This document shows positions 38,790 through 47,883 of a DNA stretch of 64,000 nt, piece after piece (within the stretch, counting starts at the first letter, position 1; every line of letters begins with the position of its first letter). The DNA is taken from the NCBI GenBank assembly GCA_034717495.1, contig JAYELL010000001.1, forward strand, positions 66,649 to 130,648, written 5' to 3'. Source of the DNA: Chloroflexota bacterium (GTDB lineage Bacteria; Chloroflexota; Anaerolineae; JAAEKA01). The notes below the pieces were generated by a model. It was not told the DNA's origin. It saw nothing but the letters and a program-made list of their open reading frames with translations, and did no database searches. A program made the translations under genes and the position numbers.

Positions 38790-39881
38790 GTGATCGCAAA
38801 CATTACACAATCTCAGGTTCTCCAACGTCTTCAGGAGCATGGATTGCAGCACACTGTCGTGGAACTCGATGGCGGCGCGCGTATTGTTGTAATGCAGCGG
38901 GGCGGCCGAATTCTGGGCCCATTCCTCCCTGGCGACGGTGGCAGCATTCTCTGGCTCAACGATGTTTGGGCCGACTCCGATGCCTTCAGTGCCTATCTTG
39001 CCGGCAACGAGTGGAACCTGGGTGGTGAACGTGTATGGATCGCACCGGAAATCCAGTTCAGTGTACGCGATCGCTACGATTTCTGGAACACGGTGCAATG
39101 TCCCCCGGCAGTTGATCCGGGAAACTATTCGCTGGATCAGGCGTCAGCGGGCGAGGTCACACTGTGCCAGCGCATGGTGTTGGAGGCCTACAATATTGCC
39201 AGCGGGAGCAAAGAACTGTATCTCAAGCGGCATATCCGGCCAGCAGCCAACCCGTTGCGGGCATTGAGCCAGTTCAAAGAGCTGATGGATGGTGTCGGCT
39301 ACGCGGGCTACGAGCATGCTGTTGAGCTGTCGGAAACGACATCAGATGACATTGTGAGTGAAGGCTGGAGCCTGCTCCAGTTGCATGCGGGTGGTATTCT
39401 GATTATTCCGGCTTCCCCCAAGGTGGAGTACAGTGATTATTTTGACCCTATTGACTCGGATCACCAGACAATTCATCAGGATGCTGGTTATGTGGCCGTT
39501 CGCATCAGCGGCCGGCGGCAATTCAAGGTGGGGTACAAGTCGGCGCACGTGCAGGGGCGACTTGCCTATCTCAGTCGCCTGAACGACAGCCATTTCTACC
39601 TGCTCATCCGCAACTTCTTCAACAACCCTTCGTCACTCTATGCGGAGGAACCACCTCATCTACCGGGTTGCCGAGGCCATTCGATTCATGTCTACAACGA
39701 CGATGGTGATTTCGGCGGCTTTGGCGAACTGGAGGTCATGGCGCAGACGATCGGCGGTGAAACGGGCCGGCGCAGCAGCAGCGAGCAGTTCCTGTTCTGG
39801 CTGTTTGTAGGGCCGGGCGATCGGCTAGAGCTGCTGGCCGAACATCTGTTGGGCGTGCGCTTGATCGTGGACCTGCCCTGA
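38790..39881 (+). CDS. hypothetical protein (363 aa)
   Basis: ORF in-operon between the dehydrogenase and isomerase genes. No motif recognised with confidence. Confidence 0.4.
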   Translation: MIANITQSQVLQRLQEHGLQHTVVELDGGARIVVMQRGGRILGPFLPGDGGSILWLNDVWADSDAFSAYLAGNEWNLGGERVWIAPEIQFSVRDRYDFWNTVQCPPAVDPGNYSLDQASAGEVTLCQRMVLEAYNIASGSKELYLKRHIRPAANPLRALSQFKELMDGVGYAGYEHAVELSETTSDDIVSEGWSLLQLHAGGILIIPASPKVEYSDYFDPIDSDHQTIHQDAGYVAVRISGRRQFKVGYKSAHVQGRLAYLSRLNDSHFYLLIRNFFNNPSSLYAEEPPHLPGCRGHSIHVYNDDGDFGGFGELEVMAQTIGGETGRRSSSEQFLFWLFVGPGDRLELLAEHLLGVRLIVDLP

Positions 39882-39976
39882 TCCCAGTCAGGCTACGGCT
39901 TGAACAGTTGGAATCCACTAACAAATCACCTGCTACTCACAGTGAACCGGACACCTTTCAAAGGAGAAACGATGCG

Positions 39977-41407
39977 ATGAACGTCATGGACAGGAAGACC
40001 ACCTTTGGCCTGATCGTAGGCTCGCGAGGGTTCTTCAATTCGGAACTGGCGGTGCAGGGCCGCAAGGACCTGCTGGCAAAGCTGGACGAACTGGGCTTCA
40101 ACTACGTCATCCCGCCCGAAGATGCCACGCCCAACGGCGTTATCGAAACCTACGCCGATGCCAAGATTTGCGCCGAACTGTTCAAGCAGCGCCGGGATGA
40201 TATCGATGGCGTTGTCGTGGTGCTGCCCAACTTCAGCGACGAGATGGGCGTTGTGTTCACCCTTGATATGGCCAGGCTCGACGTGCCGGTGATGGTGCAG
40301 GCTTGCGACGATGAGGATCCCATGAAGCTGCTCATCGACCAACGGCGGGATTCCTTCTGCGGAAAGATATCGGTCTGCAACAACCTCTACCAGTTCGGTA
40401 TTCCCTTTACCGACACAACCTATCACACCTGCACGATCGGCAGCGATCTCTTTTCGAAGGACCTGGACAGGTTCGCCCGCATCTGCCGGGTCGTAAAGGG
40501 CCTGACCAACATGCGGATCGGCGCCATTGGTGCCCGTCCGACTCCGTTCCACACCTGCCGTTACAGCGAGAAACTGCTCCAGAGCACCGGCGTCACGGTA
40601 GTCACCGTCGATCTTTCCGAAATGATGGCTTCAGCCAATGCGCTACGCCAGGGCGGCGCGCAGGCGGTGACCGACAAGGTGGACCAGATCCGGGCCTATG
40701 GCACCATCCCGGACTATATCCAGGATGAGGCCATCATTCGACAGGCTGCCTGGTCCGTTGCCGTAGAGACTTGGATGGCCGAAAACGAGTGCGATGCCAG
40801 TGCCATCCAATGCTGGACCTCGATCCAGCTCAACTATGGCTGCGCCACCTGTTTGACTATGAGCATGATGGGTGAGAAGTTGATGCCCAGCGCCTGCGAG
40901 GTAGACATCACTGGAGCGGTGTCCATGTATGCCTTGGTACTGGCCTCGGGCAATGCCGCTGGCTTTCTGGACTGGAACAACAATTACGGTGAAGACCGGG
41001 ACATGTGCATCAACACTCATTGCAGTAACTATCCCAAGAGCTTTATCGGCGAGACTCCGGAGATCTCCAACCTGGACGTGATCGGCGCGAGCGTTGGGGC
41101 TGACAAATCCTTCGGCGCTGTCAAGGGCCAGGTGGTTGCCGGGCCGATGACCTTTTTCCGCATGTCTACCGATGATACCCGGGGCGTGATCAAGTCGTAT
41201 GTGGGCGAAGGTGAATTCACCGATGATCCCACCAATATTCAGGGCGGCTCTGCCGTCTGCCGGATCGGCAACCTGCAGCAGATGATGAAGTATGTCTGCA
41301 AGAACGGCTTCGAGCACCACGTTGCCCAGGTACGCGGCAATTGGGCCGACGTCCTGGAGGAAGCGATCGCGACCTACCTGGGTTGGGATCTGTACCGGCA
41401 CCGGTAG
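39977..41407 (+). CDS. L-fucose isomerase-like family protein (short FucI/AraA-like)
   Basis: FGLIVGSRGFFNSELAVQGRKDLLAKLDELGFNYV...DGVVVVLPNFSDEMGV pattern of the short L-fucose-isomerase-like family; ~475 aa. Start at the ATG preceded by aaaggag. Confidence 0.6.
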   Translation: MNVMDRKTTFGLIVGSRGFFNSELAVQGRKDLLAKLDELGFNYVIPPEDATPNGVIETYADAKICAELFKQRRDDIDGVVVVLPNFSDEMGVVFTLDMARLDVPVMVQACDDEDPMKLLIDQRRDSFCGKISVCNNLYQFGIPFTDTTYHTCTIGSDLFSKDLDRFARICRVVKGLTNMRIGAIGARPTPFHTCRYSEKLLQSTGVTVVTVDLSEMMASANALRQGGAQAVTDKVDQIRAYGTIPDYIQDEAIIRQAAWSVAVETWMAENECDASAIQCWTSIQLNYGCATCLTMSMMGEKLMPSACEVDITGAVSMYALVLASGNAAGFLDWNNNYGEDRDMCINTHCSNYPKSFIGETPEISNLDVIGASVGADKSFGAVKGQVVAGPMTFFRMSTDDTRGVIKSYVGEGEFTDDPTNIQGGSAVCRIGNLQQMMKYVCKNGFEHHVAQVRGNWADVLEEAIATYLGWDLYRHR

Positions 41408-41555
41408 CGCACTGTGGTCAGCAATCAGTGATCGCTTATCTGTGACCTGATCACCGAATAGCGATTACCGGTGACTGAAAAGAAGGAGGTGATGCCAGGA
41501 AAGAAAACATCAATTCGGCCGAATCGCTCATCGCGACCATTCACTTAGGAGGATT

Positions 41556-43061
41556 ATGATGAGCAAGAGCGATCTAAATCGACGCCAATTCCTGCGCTAC
41601 AGCGCCATCGCTGGTGCGGGAGTGGCCGCGGCTGCCTGTGCACAACCTGCAGCTCCACCGGCAGCGCAGCCGGTAGAACCTGAGGCTGAAGCGCCGGCGG
41701 CTGCTCCTGAAGCGGAGGCCCCTGCTGCCGAGGAAGTGACGCTGGATGTCATGTCCCTCGCAGAGTACGAGGGGCCCTACCGGGAGATATGGAACATCTT
41801 CGAGGCCGGCCATCCGGGCATCAAGATCAATGTGTTCTCGATCAACGAGGACACGGCTGCTGCCTACGAGGCCAAGGTTGCCGGTGGTTACCTGGCCGCT
41901 ATCGAGCTGACCCAGGAGATGCAGATCTTCTTCGACAAAAACAACTACGAAATGGCCATCAACCTGGGCGAGCTGGACTTCCCCTGGTGGGATCGCTGGC
42001 AGTTCGATGTCAAGAACATCTGGGCAGATCTGCACGGCCTGCCCGGACCGAGGTCCCTGGACGTCTTCCAGGGTTTTGTGATGACCTGGCAGTACAACCA
42101 GGAACTCATGGAGCAGTCCGGCCTGGATCCCCATACCGACGTCAAGTCATGGGATGATCTGAAGAAATGGCTGGGAGATGGCGCCGAGTGGGTTGCCAAG
42201 ACCGACGGCGTGGACTGGTTCTACAACCAGGCCTGGCACAATTGGGTCTTCGGCAATAACTACATGGATGCCCTGCCCCTGGCCTTCGCCGATGGTCAGC
42301 GCGATCGCCAGGTCGATTGCTGGCTGGGTCGGACCAAGTTCAATGCGGAGGATTCGCCCTATCGCCATGCCTACGAGTTCTTCCTCGCGGCCAATGACGA
42401 AGGTTGGATGCCGCCCAGCATGTGGACCCGCCAGTGGGAGGGCGACATGGAAGCCTCCTACATCGCCGGCAACTCCGTCATGATGTTGCACGGCCCCTGG
42501 GTGTGGGACAAGGCCCTGGCCGCCGGTTCCGACTTCGCTGTCAACGACATGCAGGAAGGCTTACCGGTCACACCGCCCGCTGAGGGACAGGTTCCGTGGA
42601 TGCAGAGCGCACTGCCGCCTAACATCGACAACCAGTGGTTCCTGCGAATCGGCAACGAAGATACCCCCCACTGGGCACAGACCCAGGAGGCCTGGAACTG
42701 GTTCTGGAGCCCCGAGGCTGTGCCCTTCAAGGCTCAGGCCGAAGGGCGCTGGCCGCTGTATGACCTGGATGAACCGCTCGAACTGCAAGGACCGCAGTTT
42801 GTGCATGTCCTCAGTCAGATCGGCACACCCGGTGGAATCTGGGAAGATGCTCAGTTCGAGCAGAACCCGACCGGGAACCTGATGGCAAGCCCTTATCGCC
42901 TCAAGGGTTCCAAGGGTGTCTGGGACTGGGAGTCAAACAGCAACAACGAGGTGTTCGCCGACGTGTTGCAGGGCAAGATCACCGTTCAGCAAGCTCTGGA
43001 CATTGCCCAGCGCAACTGGGAAGAAAGCTTCGAGATTCCGGAAGAGGTCACCAACGGCTGA
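41556..43061 (+). CDS. ABC transporter extracellular solute-binding protein (CUT1 sugar type) with Tat/lipoprotein signal
   Basis: NRRQFLRYSAIAGAGVAAAAC signal with lipobox Cys, a Pro/Ala/Glu-rich linker, and a ~450-aa SBP body. RBS aggagg. Confidence 0.8.
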   Translation: MMSKSDLNRRQFLRYSAIAGAGVAAAACAQPAAPPAAQPVEPEAEAPAAAPEAEAPAAEEVTLDVMSLAEYEGPYREIWNIFEAGHPGIKINVFSINEDTAAAYEAKVAGGYLAAIELTQEMQIFFDKNNYEMAINLGELDFPWWDRWQFDVKNIWADLHGLPGPRSLDVFQGFVMTWQYNQELMEQSGLDPHTDVKSWDDLKKWLGDGAEWVAKTDGVDWFYNQAWHNWVFGNNYMDALPLAFADGQRDRQVDCWLGRTKFNAEDSPYRHAYEFFLAANDEGWMPPSMWTRQWEGDMEASYIAGNSVMMLHGPWVWDKALAAGSDFAVNDMQEGLPVTPPAEGQVPWMQSALPPNIDNQWFLRIGNEDTPHWAQTQEAWNWFWSPEAVPFKAQAEGRWPLYDLDEPLELQGPQFVHVLSQIGTPGGIWEDAQFEQNPTGNLMASPYRLKGSKGVWDWESNSNNEVFADVLQGKITVQQALDIAQRNWEESFEIPEEVTNG

Positions 43062-43176
43062 CATTCCTGCGTTCGTGGTGGGTGGCCTGGTGTCACCAAC
43101 CGGTCACCCACCACATTCCTGAGGCGTGGTAAGCCTTACGATTCGCGTACCAGGCAGTTCGCCAGCGGAGATGCTT

Positions 43177-44130
43177 ATGGCACCAACAACCGGACAGCAG
43201 TCCAACGGGATTACGGATAAATCAGGCAATCAACCCAGGATAAGCAAGCTGGAACGACGGCGTATTCTTCGTGATTGGGCCTTCATCACGCCGCAGCTCT
43301 TTCTTTTCGTCCTATTGACGATTGTGCCCTTCTTCGTCGCCATCCCGATCCTGTTCACCGACATGTCCCAGTTTAACGATCCAGCGATCAATCCGGTTGG
43401 ATTGCGCAATTTCACGGCAATTTTCGATAATCCCAGTGTGCAACGTGACTATTTCCCGGCGCTGCGACGCACCCTTATCTTTGTGGTCTTTAATTATACG
43501 ACGGTATATATCTTTGGATTGTCGCTGGCATTGCTCATGTACGAGGTTGGTTTCCGGGGCGGATTCTTCACCATCGTCTATCTGCCACTCATGGTGTCGG
43601 GTCTGGCGGTTGGTTACATGGCCGTGATGCTCTTCAGCCAGGAAACCGGAACGGCAAACCTGTTGCTTCAGGAAGTTGGGTTGTTGAAAAAACCGATTGA
43701 TATCTTTTCTGCCGAGGGGACTGCCTTTATCTTGCCGGGCCTGGTTGGCTGGCGATACGCCGGCTACAACATGGCGATTTTTCTGGCTGGGCTTTTGGCG
43801 ATTCCCAAGGAAACCATCGAGGCATCCATCGTAGACGGCGCGAGTTACTGGCAGCGCCTCTGGAAGGTCTATTTTCCCCAGATGCTGCCATCCTTTGTGC
43901 TGGCCACGACAATGTGTTTGATCGGCTCCTTCGCCGTTTTCGACGAACTGGTGGCCATGGGTGCTCTTTACGTCAATCCAGAGGCCAAGCTGTTAAGCAT
44001 TCTGTTCTTCACCTATGGGTTTCAGGTTGAACGGCTGGCCATGGGTATGACACTGGCAGTCGAGACCTTCCTGCCCCTGGTGGTTCTTGGTGTCGCTCTG
44101 CAGCGACTGCAGCGACGGCTGCAATACTAA
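43177..44130 (+). CDS. ABC transporter permease (MalF/UgpA-like)
   Basis: 6 TM segments; EAA-loop region (AIPKETIEASIVDGAS). Confidence 0.8.
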   Translation: MAPTTGQQSNGITDKSGNQPRISKLERRRILRDWAFITPQLFLFVLLTIVPFFVAIPILFTDMSQFNDPAINPVGLRNFTAIFDNPSVQRDYFPALRRTLIFVVFNYTTVYIFGLSLALLMYEVGFRGGFFTIVYLPLMVSGLAVGYMAVMLFSQETGTANLLLQEVGLLKKPIDIFSAEGTAFILPGLVGWRYAGYNMAIFLAGLLAIPKETIEASIVDGASYWQRLWKVYFPQMLPSFVLATTMCLIGSFAVFDELVAMGALYVNPEAKLLSILFFTYGFQVERLAMGMTLAVETFLPLVVLGVALQRLQRRLQY

Positions 44131-44150
44131 CAGCGAGGAGATCAGTTGCC

Positions 44151-45269
44151 ATGTCAGGCTCTGCTACTGCTTCGGATCAGCGATCCATTCGGCAACCCAT
44201 GTTGTCCTCTACCAATCGCAAACGACTCGTTCGGATACTTGCCGTCACGGTGATGCTAGTCTATACTCTCCTCACATTGTTTCCCTTTTACACACTTTTT
44301 ATCCGGTCGTTCGTCAGCACCAAGGACTCGACTGATCTCCACCTTTGGATCCCGGAGGCGGATGAAGTAAATTTGGACGCCCAGGTCGGTAACCTGGCGG
44401 TGTTCTACGATCTCGACCTCAAGGACCTGAAGGAGGCCTTCGGTATTCCGCAAACGGAATTCCTGATGGCGCGTACCTCGCTGCGCCAAATCGGTGAGAG
44501 GTACGACGTTCCTGAGGCACAAATCCGAGACTTCTTTGCGGGATTCTATACCTTCAACGGCTGGAAAACCTTGCTAACGGGCGAATTGTATGGCACCAGC
44601 TTCTGGGGCGCACTGTTCAGAACGCTTATTGTGACGGCCACCAGTCTTGCCCTGGGCATAGTCCTGTCAATATTTACCGGGTATGGCCTGGCAGGGTTGA
44701 GACGCAAGGATCAGATGCTTGTCTACAATCTATACCTGCTGCAGATGGTTATCCCAGCCATGCTTATCTTATTGCCTCAGTTTTTGATGATTCAGTGGTT
44801 CGCCAAGCTGATCCCCGGTTATGGCGATCCCGGAACCACGCGTCAAGCGCTGCAGCTTGGCTCGATTGTGCTCATCAACATCAAGGGCACTGCCCTATCG
44901 ACCATGATTCTTACGGCAGCCATCTCCGGTATTCCCAAGGAACTGGAGGACTCGGCCCAGATCGACGGTGCCAGCAGTATGCAGTACATTCGTTACATCC
45001 TGTTACCGCTGTTGAAGGTGCCAATCGTCAGTCTGATTGTTATTATGTTGCCCCTGATCTATAACCAGTTCCTTGAGCCCTACGTGTATCTGGACCCCGC
45101 CAACTCAACCCTTTTGCCCTTCACCCAGAGCGCCGTGGGTCAATTTTCGACCAACTTCCAACTCATCTACTCCGCTATCTTCGCCTCGGTGGTGCCGTTA
45201 GTGATTGTTTATCTGCTTTTCCGCAGCTTCTTCGTGGAGGGTGTGATGGCGGGGGCAATCAAAGGATAG
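44151..45269 (+). CDS. ABC transporter permease (MalG/UgpE-like)
   Basis: TM profile; EAA motif (SGIPKELEDSAQIDGAS). Confidence 0.8.
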   Translation: MSGSATASDQRSIRQPMLSSTNRKRLVRILAVTVMLVYTLLTLFPFYTLFIRSFVSTKDSTDLHLWIPEADEVNLDAQVGNLAVFYDLDLKDLKEAFGIPQTEFLMARTSLRQIGERYDVPEAQIRDFFAGFYTFNGWKTLLTGELYGTSFWGALFRTLIVTATSLALGIVLSIFTGYGLAGLRRKDQMLVYNLYLLQMVIPAMLILLPQFLMIQWFAKLIPGYGDPGTTRQALQLGSIVLINIKGTALSTMILTAAISGIPKELEDSAQIDGASSMQYIRYILLPLLKVPIVSLIVIMLPLIYNQFLEPYVYLDPANSTLLPFTQSAVGQFSTNFQLIYSAIFASVVPLVIVYLLFRSFFVEGVMAGAIKG

Positions 45270-45272
45270 CAT

Positions 45273-46922
45273 ATGCCGAGAGGCAAACCCCAACGCGTCG
45301 TCTTTCAGCCCAATACCTATCGCGGCTTCCAGCGCGGAGCTAACCAGATTGTCAATGCAGTGCGTCCTACATTGGGCCCGCGCTCGCGCACCGTGGTGAT
45401 TCAGCGAGAATTGGACGACAAGACCCCCGAGATGCTGGATGACGGCGGCACCATTGTGAAGCGAATCATCGCGCTTGCTGACCGGGACGAGGATGTGGGC
45501 GCCATGTTCGTTCGCGAGATGCTCTGGCGTTTACATGATGAGGTGGGAGATGGCACAGCCGCCGCCGCCGTGCTGTTCCAGTCGATCTATAACCAGGGCA
45601 TTCGTTACCTGGCTTCCGGCGGTAACGCCCGGATATTGGAGAAGCACCTGACGGAAGGACTCCAGATCATACTGGACCAACTGGGCGGGATGACCGAGCC
45701 GGTATCCGGCAAGCAGCAGTTGGCCCACCTGGCCGAAACGATCTGCTACGATCCGGCCATGGCCAGGCTACTGGGTGAGATATTTGACATAATCGGCGAG
45801 TTCGGAAGGCTCGAGATCCGCAAAGGGCGGACCCGGGATATGCGGCGTGAGTATGTGGAAGGGATGTACTGGGAGCGCGGCCTGATGTCCCGCCAGATGA
45901 TCACCGATCACGCCAGGACGCGCAGCGAACTGCAGAACCCCCATATTCTGATCAGTGATTTGCAGATAGATGATCCCGCGCAATTGCTGCCGTTACTGGA
46001 GATGGCGAAACGGGAAAACATCAAGGGACTGCTGATCGTCGCGGGCAAGATCAGCGACAACGCGCTCTCCATTCTGTTGGCAAATCGGCAAGAGGAGGGA
46101 TTCCAACCGGTTGCTGTCACGACGCCTGGCTATGGGGTGGAAGCGCAGCTTTGGGCCCTGGAAGACCTGGCTATCCTGACCGGTGGTCGTTCCTTCATCC
46201 AGGTGGCGGGAGATACCTTTGACGGTGTTCAACCCGAGGATCTGGGCAACGCCCGGCGCGCCTGGGCAGATTTGAAGAACTTCGGCATCATCGGCGGTGG
46301 CGGCGGCGCCAGGGCGTTGCGTAATCACATTGCTACCGTGCGCGCCTCTTATGATAACACGAAAAACCTGGTGTTGGTCGATAAGCTGAGAGAGCGGATC
46401 GGTAAGTTGCTGGGCGGATCGGCAACGCTATGGGTTGGCGCCAATACGGAATTGGAAGTGGATTTTCGAAAGGCAGTGGCCGACCGGACCGCGGCGGCCA
46501 TGCGTACCGCCATGCTCGACGGAATCGTTCCTGGAGGGGGCGTTGCCTTGTTGGCCTGTCGCCCCGCTCTCCGGGAGCGATTGCAGCAAAGCGAGAGCGT
46601 CGACGAACGAGCAGCCTTCCAAATATTGATCAAGGCACTGGAGGCACCGATTCGTGCCATTCTGCAGAACGCCGGGCTCGACGCAAGCGACGTGATGGCC
46701 GACATCCGGCTGGCCGGAAATGGCTACGGATTCGATGTGACGACTGAGACTGTAGTCAACATGAAGGAGGCTGGCATCGTCGACGCGACCGCCGTGCAAA
46801 AGGCAGCTGTCTTTTCAGCCGTTTCCGGTGCAGCTCTGGCCCTGACGGTCGATGTTATCGTCCACCACAGGCAGCCTGAACGGCAGATCAAGCGCGAGCC
46901 TGCCACGAGAAAGCGCCTCTGA
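45273..46922 (+). CDS. divergent GroEL/Cpn60-family protein (chaperonin paralog) with altered nucleotide-binding loop
   Basis: Collinear with GroEL over its full length: TLGPRSRTVVI (TLGPKGRNVVL), GDGTAAAAVLFQSI (GDGTTTATVLAQAI), WERGLMS (FDRGYLS), TPGYGVEAQ..LAILTGG (APGFGDRRK..IATLTGG), VPGGGVAL (VAGGGVAL), C-terminal VDATAVQKAAVFSAVSGAAL. The phosphate-binding Thr triplet reads AAA, and there is no GGM tail. No groES is adjacent; the start is 4 nt after the permease stop. Confidence 0.75.
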   Translation: MPRGKPQRVVFQPNTYRGFQRGANQIVNAVRPTLGPRSRTVVIQRELDDKTPEMLDDGGTIVKRIIALADRDEDVGAMFVREMLWRLHDEVGDGTAAAAVLFQSIYNQGIRYLASGGNARILEKHLTEGLQIILDQLGGMTEPVSGKQQLAHLAETICYDPAMARLLGEIFDIIGEFGRLEIRKGRTRDMRREYVEGMYWERGLMSRQMITDHARTRSELQNPHILISDLQIDDPAQLLPLLEMAKRENIKGLLIVAGKISDNALSILLANRQEEGFQPVAVTTPGYGVEAQLWALEDLAILTGGRSFIQVAGDTFDGVQPEDLGNARRAWADLKNFGIIGGGGGARALRNHIATVRASYDNTKNLVLVDKLRERIGKLLGGSATLWVGANTELEVDFRKAVADRTAAAMRTAMLDGIVPGGGVALLACRPALRERLQQSESVDERAAFQILIKALEAPIRAILQNAGLDASDVMADIRLAGNGYGFDVTTETVVNMKEAGIVDATAVQKAAVFSAVSGAALALTVDVIVHHRQPERQIKREPATRKRL

Positions 46923-46937
46923 GGGAAGCAGCTCGTT

Positions 46938-47882
46938 ATGACTAACGAAACCCAACTCCAGAATTACGTTCACTTGCTTGTCGTCTCCCCAGACTTTGCA
47001 GCCGACAGCACTTGCTTTGCCGCTCGGAATTCGGGTCTCCTGCGATCCACTGATGGCGGCCGTAGTTGGCAGGATGCCTATGAATCGATGGACCTCCAGA
47101 GCCAGCTGCCGACGTCAGCCGTTGCGCTCTCTCCCGATTTTCAGCGTGATGGGCACCTCTTTGCCGGCGCGCCCGGTGGCATTCTGCGATCCCTGGATCG
47201 GGGCGATACCTGGCAGGTAGCCCTCCTTGGCTCTCCCCCTCCCTTCGTGTCAGATCTGGCTGTGTCACCCAACTACAGGCGCGATGGCACGCTGTTTGCC
47301 GCGACTCTCGATGATGGCGTCTTTCGCTCCGCAGATCGCGCAACGAGCTGGGCATCATGGAATTTTGGCCTGCTTGATTTGGCCGTGATGGCACTGGCAA
47401 TTTCCCCCGGTTATACCGACGACGAGACTCTCTACGCTGCAACGGAAACGGGGATCTTTCGCAGCACCAACGGGGGGCGTGCCTGGCGCGAGCTGGCTTT
47501 TCCCACCGATCTTGCACCTGTTCTCCGCCTGGCCATATCACCCGATTTCGCCGAGGATAAAACGATCTTCGCCGGCACAGAATTGAATGGTTTGTTCCGC
47601 TCCAGGGATTCTGGTCAGACATGGTTCCCCCTGGGTCAGGATGAGCTGGCAGGCGCCATCAATGGCATCGTGCTTTCCCCTCAATATCCGGAAGACCCGT
47701 CGTTACTTGTGCTGCGGGGGGACTCTGTCATGGTCTCGCGCGATGACGGCGAATCCTGGGAGGCGCGATCGCTCGATCTGACTCCCCAAGGGGTTGTCTC
47801 TGCGGTGGCCGCTCCCTGGGGTTTCCATCCTTCGGCACCCCTGCTGCTTGGTTTGATCGGCGGCGAGCTCCTGCGGCTTTGA
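46938..47882 (+). CDS. BNR/Asp-box repeat beta-propeller protein (Ycf48/sialidase-like fold)
   Basis: Six SxDxGxTW-type repeats: STDGGRSW, SLDRGDTW, SADRATSW, STNGGRAW, SRDSGQTW, SRDDGESW. Confidence 0.65.
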   Translation: MTNETQLQNYVHLLVVSPDFAADSTCFAARNSGLLRSTDGGRSWQDAYESMDLQSQLPTSAVALSPDFQRDGHLFAGAPGGILRSLDRGDTWQVALLGSPPPFVSDLAVSPNYRRDGTLFAATLDDGVFRSADRATSWASWNFGLLDLAVMALAISPGYTDDETLYAATETGIFRSTNGGRAWRELAFPTDLAPVLRLAISPDFAEDKTIFAGTELNGLFRSRDSGQTWFPLGQDELAGAINGIVLSPQYPEDPSLLVLRGDSVMVSRDDGESWEARSLDLTPQGVVSAVAAPWGFHPSAPLLLGLIGGELLRL

Positions 47883-47883
47883 C

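Noticed and set aside
41408-41555. Partial palindromes (cagtgatcgc..tgacctgatcaccg) upstream of the SBP gene as an internal operator or promoter
   Set aside because: The symmetry is weak and there is no second copy in the window. Noted but not annotated.
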